A DNA stretch of 64,000 bases from Stylophora pistillata (lineage: Eukaryota), in NCBI RefSeq assembly GCF_002571385.2, contig NW_019217800.1, positions 811,137 to 875,136 on the forward strand, written 5' to 3'. The notes beneath the pieces were generated by a model. That model was given only the letters and a program-made list of their open reading frames with translations, searched no databases and had not been told where the DNA came from. How positions within the stretch are numbered: position 1 is the first letter of the stretch; the number at the start of each line of letters is the position of its first letter. Position numbers and translations under genes: made by a program. Shown here piece after piece: positions 37,692 to 49,200 of this stretch.

Positions 37692-40600
37692 ATGGAAAAT
37701 AACAGTGCAAAGTCAGTAAATGAAATCATCTTCCCGGAAAACGGGAAAGAGGTAAGGTAAAACAATTGTTTTAAAGGTCTCAAATCAGCCTGTTAAATGA
37801 ATGTAATACATTCTAATTAACTAGCCACTACTTAAAATTGACTTCTTTTGGTTTTAAGAGGGGAATCACTTAGAAAACGTACCTTTCGGGTTCGTTAGTG
37901 AAACAGAACAATATATAAAACGATCTTAAAACTATTATAGGTTTTGTTTTCGAAAACTAATTTCTTAGTATATATCCCCATTTAATTGTCGGTCGTTAGG
38001 TCAACACTTCAATGCAACATTGAGAAAGTACTTTGGAAGGATGACTTTACTTAGATTACTCGCTTTGTTCCCGATGCTACATTTTTCTTGTGACTTTATT
38101 CTGATCTTGTGATATTTTCCTTTCAACTTTCGTTATTAAAATTAAAAGTTGGCAAATAGAAGCTGCGAGAAAGAATAACGAATATTTAATGTGCATAGTA
38201 GTAAGTGAAGTTTATGGTTGTAAACCGTTTGATTTGGTTTGTGCTGAAATGCTTCTCACTTGTTAATGTCATCATATCTGTTGTAGTACTTACGAAACTC
38301 GAAATCTCGTCCTCGCTTCTAAGTATAGCAATGTCTCATTGCGATCTTCTATCATTGTTTTCCTTGTTATTATTGTTATTTTTATTATTCATCATTATAC
38401 CAGGTTAGTAGTATCATGTTGATAGTGATCACTGTTATCATTATTATTACAATTTTTTATATTATCATTATTAACATAATTATCATTATTCCTTTTTCTC
38501 AATAATAAGAATCGGAAAGACATTGCGCTGATTTACACTGCAGAACTGAAATATAATTCTTCTTATCAATTATTATTTTCGATTTTGATGAAATTGTTCA
38601 AGTTGTTGTTACTTTTTATTGATTAGGAAGGTTCTTATACTCACGTCATTTTGCTCCCCCCTCTCCCTCCCCTAAAGTTCTTATACTCACGTCATTTTGC
38701 TTTGCTCCCCCCTCTCCCTCCTCTAAGGTTCTTATACTACGTCATTTTGCTTTGCTACCCCCTCTCCCTCCCCTAATTAGCCTTTGAGTTTGGTTTGTCT
38801 CGTTAAAAACTCCCAGGCTGACCAGAACTTGATCTTTCAAATAAACACAGGAGGTACTACCTGGTTCCGAAAGCTTACCCAGTCCCATCAGTCGAAGACC
38901 AAACAGTGGACAAGGAAGCCCGTCCTCTCCGAGCCCACAACAGCCAAGAGAAAAGATTAAGGCGACATTCGTTTTCCCATTGGATGAAAAATATCAATGT
39001 CCCGTTTGCAAAGATGTGCTTCTAAACCCTGTGCAATTTGAAGAATGCGGACATAGAGTATGCAGAAATTGTTTCCCGTCGATAATAAGGTGAGGTTACC
39101 CATATTCATTACCATTATTAAGACTGGACCCTTTGACTACTTTGAGAGTGGTCCAGTCTCCCTCCTGCGTCCTGCAAAGGGGTTGAAACCGGGTGGTCGA
39201 AGAACGAGTCCAGGAAAACTTGCACGCGAATGCCCAGAACGGACCCATTTTATTCCAATCTCTCGTCGGCCTCCTGGATTCATTCGATAGGGTGTGACAG
39301 AATTGGGAGGCTAGACTAGGGGGAAGGGAATTCTACGTGCGCACGAATTTATCTCCGGGATAGCTTTCCTCCACACTGCCTAGATGTCAAATGGTCTGCT
39401 CTCAAGATCTTGTTTCCTAGTTCATGGTCACAAATTTACACCTATCCATTGATATGCGTTTTCCATTCTTTCTGATGAGATCACTGAAATTGGAACATAG
39501 TATTCAGCTGTCTTTTCCTCACTTAAGGGACAGTTTGTACTTCATCACGAAAAGACAGAATAATCCCTTAGTCAGCGTACGCTATACCACCTAGTACTTT
39601 ATTATGGAACAAAAAAAAAACGTTTACGCTTAAAATTACTGCAATGTATTTGGGGAGATATTTATACCCTCATTTCTTGCTAACAGAGTCGAACCAAGAT
39701 GTCCAATCGGTATGCATCCGATTGATAAAGACGCGGTAAGTAACAGAAGATGAGAAAAGGACGTCACTTTAATATTTTAATTAAAACTCGTCTATTTATA
39801 TGAGACTGCATAAGATGCTTGTTTAGTCTAAGCTAGACGTTTGTAAAAAAAAAAAAAATTATCGACACTAAGAGCTTTTAAGGGGGCAATAAGGAAATTG
39901 TTAGGGCTATAATATTACATCAATCTTTTAATATTGATGTAACATTACAGCCCTAACAATTTTAAAAGGTTTCAAATCAGTCTGATTCTATCAAGGTATG
40001 ATTAGAATTCTAGAGGAAGGATGGATTGGATATTCGAAATTTTCAGGGACTTATACAACTTTTTTGAGAGACATTTTTCGGGATGCTTGTGCCATCTTTA
40101 ATCAATGAGTAACAGAACGTGAGTAATTATATAACAGACAAGAAGATGAATAAAATATTTACAGTATGATGTAATACAAAAGCGGGTACTAATTACAACG
40201 TGACACCAAACACCAAAGGTGTAAACTAAAACGCTAGAAAACTGTTATAATGCTGTAATTGTTTGTTAAGTTCAGGTTTAGAACACTTTTCTAGCGTTTT
40301 AGTTCACACCTTTGATGTTTGGTGTCACGTTGTAATTAGTACCCGCTTTTGTATCACATCATACTGTAAATATTTTATTCATTTAATTGTCTGTTATATA
40401 ATTACTCACGTTCTGTTACTCATTGATTGAAGATGGCATAAGCATGCCGAAACATGTCTCTCAAAAAAGTTGTCTATTTCTTACAATATTTATCATACTT
40501 GCTACTGCTACGACCTTTCAGGGAATTGTTCTCATAGTCATTTTAATTATGACTCAACCCCTTCAAAACAATTTTCATCATATATTCAGATACCTATATA

Positions 40601-43600
40601 AAATATTTAAACAAAAAACCCTCTTCTTATGAACAAGTAACGACATGCTCTTTTAAAAGCAACTGCACTTAAGTCAGGTTAGTCCAAGGAGTGTCACTAT
40701 GCCCGAGACTTGGTGGAGAGAAGACTTACTCTTTTTCTCAGATATCACGGTGTAATTGTGGCAGGTACAAAGCTAAGGGAGACTCCCTCGTATGATTTCA
40801 TTCCTAAATTAGTGACCGACCATTCCTGTTGTCTTCTAATGTTCGGGGTGTTTTATAGATTGTTTTTACTTTTTAAGTGTAAAGATTAATTTGAATCGAT
40901 TCGATTGTCTTGAGCAGTAAGCAGTAAAGAATCTCCGATACCGCCAACAGGAAACTTCATAAAAGCATTTAGTTCAACTAATAACATTTTCCGTTTCTTT
41001 TTTTTTAGGCGTATGTGGACAAAGCGTTCCATAAGGAAATTTTAGCGCTTGATGTCAGATGCAACAATCACGAATGGGGCTGCAAATGGGAAGGCGAGTT
41101 TGAAACCGCTCAGGTACTATCACTGCTTGGTTTTCAAGAACGATTTATTTTCCTCAATCTCAAGGAAATCGCATTCACATTGGTCAGTCGAAGCTCATGT
41201 AACAAACCAGTAGAATTCCAATCAGATGATCCTCTCTTGACTCAGACATTTTGAAGAGATTCTACAAGATTTAATATTTTGAAATCCTCAAAACACTTAG
41301 TTGGTACGTCATTTCGTCAACCAAGAGGTCGGGGTGACGAAACTTTCTCATCTAGGTAAATGTATGCTCACTAAATGTAGAGCACACCAAAGTAATTCAC
41401 TGTGTAAGTTTGTATTCGTTTTTGAAATGCCGCTCTATATTAGGGTTTTTGTTGAAATATTACCAATTTTTTTTTTTATGAAGTCGAGCTCAGTTGCTTG
41501 GCTTCCCATGAAACGTTTCTTCCATTTCATTTCTATGCACAACAAGTTTGAATGAAATTAATGAAGTTGAGAGCTTTTTTTGTATTCGTAGAAACATGCT
41601 ACTGAGTGCGATTTTGTGGAAATCTTGTGTTCGTACGAGTGCGGAGCAAAATTTCAAAAACGATTTTTCGAGAGGCATGTAGATAGAGACTGTCCGAAGA
41701 AGATAATTATCTGCCCTTACTGTGATGACAGACACCTGAGGGAGGAGAGAAAGGTTGGAATATTATCCAAGTTGTTTTAAACTAAGAATTAAACGGCCAT
41801 GTCAAAGTTTGAGTGAGGTATCTCCTACTACATCGGTTTCTCACACCAGCACGTCAGTTCAAGCTACAGTAACTAAGATGTAGAGTGCTGTCAGTAACTT
41901 TAGTTCCATTTTCCCAACAGAGACACCTCATAGAGCACTCGATTTATACAGAGTACCACAGTGGTGTACTAAGCAGTGCGAAGAAAGCGACAAAAAAAAA
42001 GGATAGAGCAAAGGGTTCCAAATCTGACTCTTTTTCTCCGCTTTTCCCTGCGTCATTTTTTATCTAAACTCTTGGAAAAGGCTATACAAAGAGCCAGTAG
42101 ACTATTAGATGACTTAAAGACCTTGGTTACTTGCCTCACATAGCTACATGCATGTTTTAGGCACTGACTTCCTCTCTAGTCGTCCTTTCGCTTATGTTGT
42201 AGTACACTTGACTCTATTCCGGGGTGACGACCACAATGATGTATTTTACGGTTCTAGAATCATATGAAGGATTGTCCAAAGCTTCCAATGCCGTGTCCTA
42301 ACAAATGTGAAAAGAAACTTGTTATCAAAAGAGATCAGGTGAGGTGAATGGGGCATGTAAGAGCAATGGTTTATACGGTTGCTGCTGTTGTTGCTGAAAT
42401 GAAATAGATGGAAACAAACGACGTCAATATCGCTGACGTCAATTACAGTAAAAACAAAAACGTTAAATGATGATTTCTTCGCAGAAAACAACTAACAGTA
42501 TTTTTAAAATATGAAGTTCTAATGTCCATGTCGTAACTTACTGATGTTTCAGCTAGATCATCACGTCGGTGAGGAGTGTCCTAAGACAAAAATGATCTGT
42601 GAATACGAAGATATTGGCTGCACTCACAGCGTAAGTGCGATCCTAAAACTGCAGATTCATCTAAAAAATTGAACTGTGCTCTCTTATTAAGTGGTTGAAG
42701 TATCAGTTATTGTTTCTGTAGTGCAGCCGAGAAAAGTTACCCAAACACCACAAAAGTGAGCTGATCAATCACGTAAGACTGCTCTATGGCGTCGTCATGG
42801 ACCAGAAAAGAGAATTACTGGAATCCAAAGTCTTGCTTAAAGAACAAATGGACACAATCAGCCAACAGGGAAAGCGTATCGAGGATCTGGAACGAATTAC
42901 TAACAGCCAGTTGATCTGGAGAATCGACGACTATCACCGGAAGTTAAAATCAGCAAAGAGTGGAGAGTTGGACACGATATTTAGCCCGGAGTTTTACACG
43001 AGTAGGAATGGATACCGACTGATGGCTTCCGCTTGTTTGAACGGAGATGGAAGAGGGAAGGGAACGCATTTATCTGTGTTTATCAGCGTTGTTCAAGGTA
43101 ATTTGGTAACATAAGGTAAACCTGAGCCTCAAAGAAGAACGATATGTAGAAAAGACTTTTGAAATAGGTCAAGATCGGCTGAGGTCGTGTCTTACGAAAC
43201 TTACAACTAAGGAGCGATGAATGTTATATTCGTTAGTCCTCGTGTGTGTGGAACAAAAAAAAAAAAGAAAAAAAGAAAAATAACCAGAATTCTTCCTAAG
43301 AATTTGAAGCTACAAGAATCTTTTGTGTTATTATACATAAAACATCCGTGACACTCATTCTTTTGATAAAGGAAGATGCTATTCAGGGAATGACACAGGT
43401 GCACAGGTGACTTGGAGAAGAAGAACTCCGAATTCTCCCAACTGAAGTCCACGAACGACCTTTCAGTTTGTACTTCGGACCCTTTACCACTGTGCTAAAG
43501 GAGGCTCGTGACAGGCTAGGGCGCCTAGAATTTTTGTCTCCGAAAAAGGAGAGAAGTTATTTTTAATACTTGATTTGTTGTAATTTACAGGAATATACGA

Positions 43601-43877
43601 TTCGCTGTTAAAGTGGCCGTACAACTACCGCACCACGTTCTATCTGTTGGATCAGAACGAAGACCTTTCCAAACGGAAACACATCATGTTTTCAGTCAAA
43701 CCAAACGTCTGTCCTGAAAATGAGCCGTTCCTTGGCAGGCCCAGGACTAACAAAAACCCTGGTTTTGGCTCTGGAAAATTTGCTGCGCATGAAGACATCG
43801 AGAAAGGAGGGTACGTCAAAGATAACAAAATGTTTATCAAGGTCGTCGTGGAGTGCGACGGAATGAGTGAACCTTGA
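37692..43877 (+). CDS. TNF receptor-associated factor paralog A (RING, TRAF zinc fingers, coiled coil, MATH/TRAF-C; ~478 aa); exons 37692-37751, 38851-39089, 39687-39735, 41009-41113, 41592-41753, 42258-42338, 42553-42630, 42722-43097, 43591-43877
   Basis: RING CPVC...CGHRVCRNC...CPIG; zinc fingers (CNNHEWGCKWEG, CPKKIIICPYC); MATH domain LIWRIDDY...FSPEFYTSRNGYRL...LNGDGRGKGTHLSVF...YDSLLKWPY. Exon structure matches paralog B. Exon 1 is less certain. Confidence 0.92.
38628..38776. repeat. ~47-50 bp tandem repeat x3
   Basis: GTTCTTATACTCACGTCATTTTGCT...CCCCTCTCCCTCCCCTAA occurs three times in TRAF-A intron 1. Confidence 0.85.
40041..40525. mobile_element. Fold-back element (~190-bp inverted arms) with a hammerhead-like motif; Penelope-like
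   Basis: Arms 40055-~40247 and ~40279-40473. Motif TTGAAGAT-GGCAT-AAGC-ATGCC-GAAAC-AT-GTC at 40427-40458. TTTCAGGGA is directly repeated at 40041 and ~40517. Confidence 0.72.
43410..43520 (-). mobile_element. Degenerate tRNA-derived SINE head
   Basis: The minus strand reads CCTAGCCTGTCACGAGCCTCCTTTAGCACAGTGGTAAAGGGTCCGAAGTAC...GGTCGTTCGTGGACTTCAGTTGGGAG, with an A-box-like TAGCACAGTGG and a degraded B box. Confidence 0.5.
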
Positions 43878-44107
43878 AATGATATGACCAGGAACGGCTA
43901 GTTTGTCGGGACAAATACCCATGGATCTCCAAGGACCAGACGTGAAAGTGCTAAAGAAATTCAAGACGGCGTCCAGTCCGTGCATACTTTTTCGCGCCTC
44001 AGTCTACTTCTAACAGTGTAAATATCCACTGTATGAGCATAGACAGAACATGGACTCTGTCTATGGACTATGTCTGTTAGAATAACCGCTTTTATATAAT
44101 CACTTAT

Positions 44108-44441
44108 GGAGGGGGGCATTGGGGCCTCTAGGAAACCGCAGAACCGGAGAAAAAAAACCTCCAAAACCAAAAAACCGACGAAAAAAGGCAGCAAAACCGA
44201 AAACCGCATGCAAACCTGACAAAACCGCTACATTTTCACCTTTAAAGGGATCAAACAGGAAAAACCGAAAACCGCATCAGAGTTTCCATGAAAACCAAAA
44301 ACCGAATGCAAAAACACGCAAAATCCGCGAACCGCTCTGAACATCAAAACCGAAAAACCGAACCTTTCTGGCCCAAAATCCGAAAAACCGATCCAAAAAA
44401 CAGTCAAAACCGCAAAACCGAAAATCCCAAAGCCCCCCTCC
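44108..44441. mobile_element. TIR MITE with AAAACCG-rich interior and a 4-bp TTAT TSD
   Basis: GGAGGGGGGCATTGGG / CCCAAAGCCCCCCTCC; TTAT at 44104-44107 and 44442-44445. Confidence 0.75.
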
Positions 44442-46052
44442 TTATGATTACTTGGATAGACCATACACGAACACCTAACATTTATTTACGGCTCCAACTG
44501 TTTCTCAGGTTAACTAGTCTTAACATGTTTTCACGCTACTAGTAATAGCATCGATTAAGTTGGAGTTGTATTACTCAATTCTCATGGAGGATCAGATTTT
44601 TCTGGCTTAGTCCCAAACTTGTAAACATTTTTCTTTTAACATTAGCCATGTTTTACGCTTTCCAGATTTTTGTAGTTTTCATAACATTTCCATTTTAATA
44701 AGCTTTGCCATCATAAGCCACGTGACCATCTCAATTGCAAATACAACTGCTGATTAAAAGGATGAGTAGGTACATATATATGCTTCAGTAATTAATCTTT
44801 CGAGGAAACCTCCAACCTCGGTGGTCATTATTCAGATATAGTCAGAATACGTGGATTCTGAATAGCTATCAATTATTGATCAGATCTGCAGAGTGCCTCT
44901 TGCGCAAACTTAAAAAAGCTTAAAACTTGCAGTAATGGCTAAGCAGCCACATAGTTATGTAGCTAAGTAAAACCTTAGTGGCATCCCAGGTGAGTAAGCA
45001 TCAGCGCTATTTCTAAAAGATGACAATACCTCTGTTTAGTTATATTTTCCTTTTATCATGATGACCCGGCAATTAAAAGTTCTCGACCTTAATGAGATAG
45101 TGAGCTTTCATTTCTTCTCTGAATAATGAAGCAGGTGAAATGCATATGCCTCTCCGAAAATTGTAATTACTGCTTTGGCGATCGACACTTAAAAACACAC
45201 CAGGCGGAAAAAATATCAGACTTTCAAATGACTTTACAACATTTCCAATACCTGTAAAGAGCAACCATAGCAACAGAAACCAGAAACTTGTTAAAGCTGT
45301 AGTCCTGCTTAGTTCTCTCCAAAGGATCTCATATAACTGATTATAGTGGTACTCTGTGCCGAGCTGTCATTGTGGGAGTTTATCTCTGTTAAATAATGAA
45401 ATCAACAGAGCATATTTCACATTTTATGTCAGTGTTTTCATTTGATCCTGTTTGCCGAGTTAAATTACCTGTTTTTCTACCTCAAAAATGACCAAGGACA
45501 AGAATGACAAGTTGCGACCGCAATACTAAAACTTTCTCGTTGGTTACCATGACGATTCAGTTCGAATTTTGCCCTACGAAATCGTAAATATGAGAGATAC
45601 CTTCCAGATCACAAAGCCGCAGATAAGCGAGTGGTCCTTCCCCCCTTCGACCTTGAACTCAGTGACGCATTTACTTATACTATGACGCTATTGTTGTCAT
45701 GAGGATTTCCTTTACTAGTTTTAACGTGATGTAAGATGTAATGATTTTGAAAATTTTCATTAAGTTTCTTTATTCTCAGCTGTGCTATTTTTACTGTTTT
45801 AGAAATCTCTTAAAATAACCTGTTTTTACTTAAATTGTCTTGGTGATGCCGTAAAGAACGAGATTTAAGCGGTACGAAATGAGATGACATTGACAACATC
45901 ACCTTTCGTCAGGTCTAAGAATGTAGATGTAGACAGCAAAATCACTTTTAGTATTCTACACTATCACCAAAATTATTCGCTTGTAAAAATTTGCTCTCAG
46001 TTTATTTTGTTGAGCATGACAACAAACACATAATCATCTTTAAACCTTCGGC

Positions 46053-46120
46053 CTGATTGGTTGAGTTGCGAACGTTTGAAGTGGCAGGTGAAAAGAACAT
46101 GGTACGCCCGCTGTGATTGG
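46053..46120 (+). promoter_or_regulatory. TRAF-B promoter module: CCAAT / GTGGCAGGTG / CCAAT
   Basis: CTGATTGG at 46053, GTGGCAGGTG at 46081, GTGATTGG at 46113. Confidence 0.6.
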
Positions 46121-46250
46121 TCGTGGTTGAACTTTACTGAAGGCAGGTGCTGTATTGCGGTTAAGTTGGTTTATACAAGTTGCGTTCGCGGCTTCTTTCG
46201 TGTGGATAGTTTTCGACAAAAAGCTACGATCTTTGAAGTTGTTTAACAAG

Positions 46251-49200
46251 ATGCCTGACATCGGCTCGAGCCAAAACGTCCAAGAACCACCACACTTAAA
46301 CGGAAACATTTCTCAAAATGGAGAAAGATACCCCGACAAAGAGGTATCTGATAGATGAAGTCGTTTAACTAAGTGCATCGTTTCTTCCGCGCCGGGAAAT
46401 TATGCAGAACTTAGATAACGTTGACACCGATCATTTAGTGTGATTTAATTATGAATGTTCTGGCAGGAACGCTAGTTTTGCGAGCCTTGTAAGGAAAAGA
46501 AGTGCACTATGGTTATGATTCTTAACTTGGAACCCCAGAAAACAACCCTGCAAATTGAGGTGAAGTGAAAAATATCACGTACATTTTGCACTCTGTTGGG
46601 AATAAACGACAGCCGGTAAATAAGTTGAAATGGTGTCGAGGAGGTTATTTTTGAGATGAAAAATTTCGACTTAACTTCTAGGATATTAGGTTACATTTTC
46701 TCGAAAAACAGTGCGTGTTTCTGCTGACCCCTTTCAAGATGGGGTGGTCTGGTTTCATCGCAAATTTTAAGCAAAGGGGAGTTTTAAGAATCAATAATTC
46801 GTGTGTCCTCGCTTTTAGAATTGTATTTCACCTGGTAAACAGTTAGACGAAAGGCTAATTAATCCTATCGATATTCCATATTATGCGAATTGTTGGCTGA
46901 GTGTATGTCAGTGCTGACCGGCTGCTGCTGGATATAATTTTAACTATTGTGAAACAATGGCAAAAGGCATGCGCTTCTTTAAGTTCAATTTCACCGCCAA
47001 CCTGACAAAAGGCGGAACGCAATCCTCATTTTAACATTTTTGCCAGGACCTGCTAAGGTATTAGTTTTAAAAAGAGGCGAGTTTAATAAAATTCATGAGA
47101 TTGTGAAGATGTTTCGGAGCGAAATAATGTTATCTCGAAGAATCTCACTAGCAATTCTGTCGCCCAATCGTATCTAAAATTGTCACTAGTTCTTCTCCAC
47201 TTTTTTCAAATGCTTTCCTATTTAACTAGCAACAAAGTTTCTGTGTCGAAGCTTTTGAAAGTCTGCGTTTCTATTCTTCCCGTTTTTTTTTTTTGTTGTT
47301 GTTGTTGTTTCCAGAGAAGAAAAACTAAGACTCTAGAATTACTTTAATTGTCTTTATTGAACGTGGACCTGTTAAAAATATTTTGGATGTTGGACGAAAA
47401 CAATAATAATGGATGTAGAATGAACCCAACTCATTCTCAAAGAAGTTTACGGTAGAGGTAAAAATATACATAATTATTAATAATACACAAACATCTCAAA
47501 AGACCACCAGAAAAAAATATTTTTTAATACATTCGATATGCATTTCCTAATGATGGACCAGATCACCGGCCGTTTTTGTTTCGTTTATTTTTTTGGTTTC
47601 CTCAGAAATTTATCATCACCGCAAACTGTGAAGCTAGAAACAAACGTATAAAGAATGAGTTCATTCGTTTTCTGTAATTTACATTTGTTTTTATTTCATA
47701 GTTTTTGTCATTAACTGCCTCCGCGGCGAATAATTATACTCAGTCCCACTTTATGGCTCATTCCATTTCCCGCGGGTAGATGTTAGTTTCCTGAAAGAAT
47801 CAAAACTTATTAGACATAAAGTTTATCAAAAAAATTGACGAAAATATTGTCGCTTAGGAAACTGTCGTGATGCTTTGGCTATTCAAATCCAAGTGACGAA
47901 CGTCTGAGTATGGTTTCAGTGAAAACATTAAATTGGAGCGAAAAATCATGATGGAGGTAGTCGATCGAAGTCTTTGCAAACACCTTTGTTGATTGACGCC
48001 TGAAAGCAACTGTCACCTTTCAACCAATGATATCATTTCATTGCATAACTTTCTATTCAATAATTTATCATAGCAGATAGAACTGACTAGCAAAACTTTC
48101 AAGTTATTTTGAGCGAACACACTCCATCTATCTTTGTACAAAGGCGTCCGGTATATCACATGAAATGTTAATGCTCGTTTTCACCGTCGCTTAAAATTTA
48201 ACAATTTGTTTGCATTTGCCGCACCATCATGAACATGACTCAAACATGGCTGAAATTGTCTTGATCTTTGAATGCTAGGAAAGTAATATGACCGGAGGAA
48301 GTCACAGTCCAACTGGAAGCGCGAAGTCTCGGGGAAGCAGTCGTGGAAGCCCAGCTCCGAGTCAGCTAGAACGGGAGAAGTTCGATTTGTCACTATTTGT
48401 GTATCCTCTGGAGGAGAAGTATCAGTGTCCAATTTGCGGGGATGTTCTCCGTTATCCAGTTCAATTTATAAGGGAGTGCGGACATCGCGTTTGTTGCAAG
48501 TGTTTCGATGAGCTAAAAAGGTAGGTCGTAAGATACAGTTCAACGCTCTATTGTTTTATCTTTTTGAAATAGAGATGCGTCTTTTCAGTGTCTGCTGCAG
48601 TTATTAGTTTCGGCCATATTTTAAATTCATCATTGTGTGCGACGGATTAATTTGGCTTACGCGTTTTCTTATCGATTTTCGAACCGCTTTGCTGGTTAAA
48701 TTCACATGGCGAAAATTAGCAAACTTCCTTTATTTAGTTTTCACTTTAGTAACCGCGATCGCTTTCGTTTTGACGAAATTAAAAATGCAAGGATTTTGTA
48801 AAAAGCAGTTTGGTCTAATTACGTTTAATTCATAGAACGTGTCAAATTTTTTTTACAAAATGCTTGACTCTAATACCGGCAATTCTGGCTTCTAACTAGT
48901 TCAGAATGATTTTGTATCGCGAAAAGTCGTGAAACATTACAGCCGCGCGAAATGAAAACCATAAACGTTCGTTATTTTAATTTAATTGTGAATTAATAGA
49001 ATTCAAAATAGTAAAGTAAAGAAAAAAACCACAGCTATATTGCTTTAGAGTTACATTCTAACCTTCATTTCTGGAAGGCAATTCCCAACTGAATAAATGT
49101 GAAATTTTAAGGGTTTGTGACTAAAAAGTAATTTTCTCTCAGCATAATACGTGACTGAATAAAGAATTTCATCTGGCACAACTCTCTGGCGCTCGATAAA

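Noticed and set aside
44119-44542. Lys/Arg/Pro-rich ORFs
   Set aside because: They derive from the AAAACCG-rich interior of a TIR element.
46344-46352. U12-type intron donor (GTATCTGA)
   Set aside because: It does not match the GTATCCTT consensus and I saw no U12 branch site.
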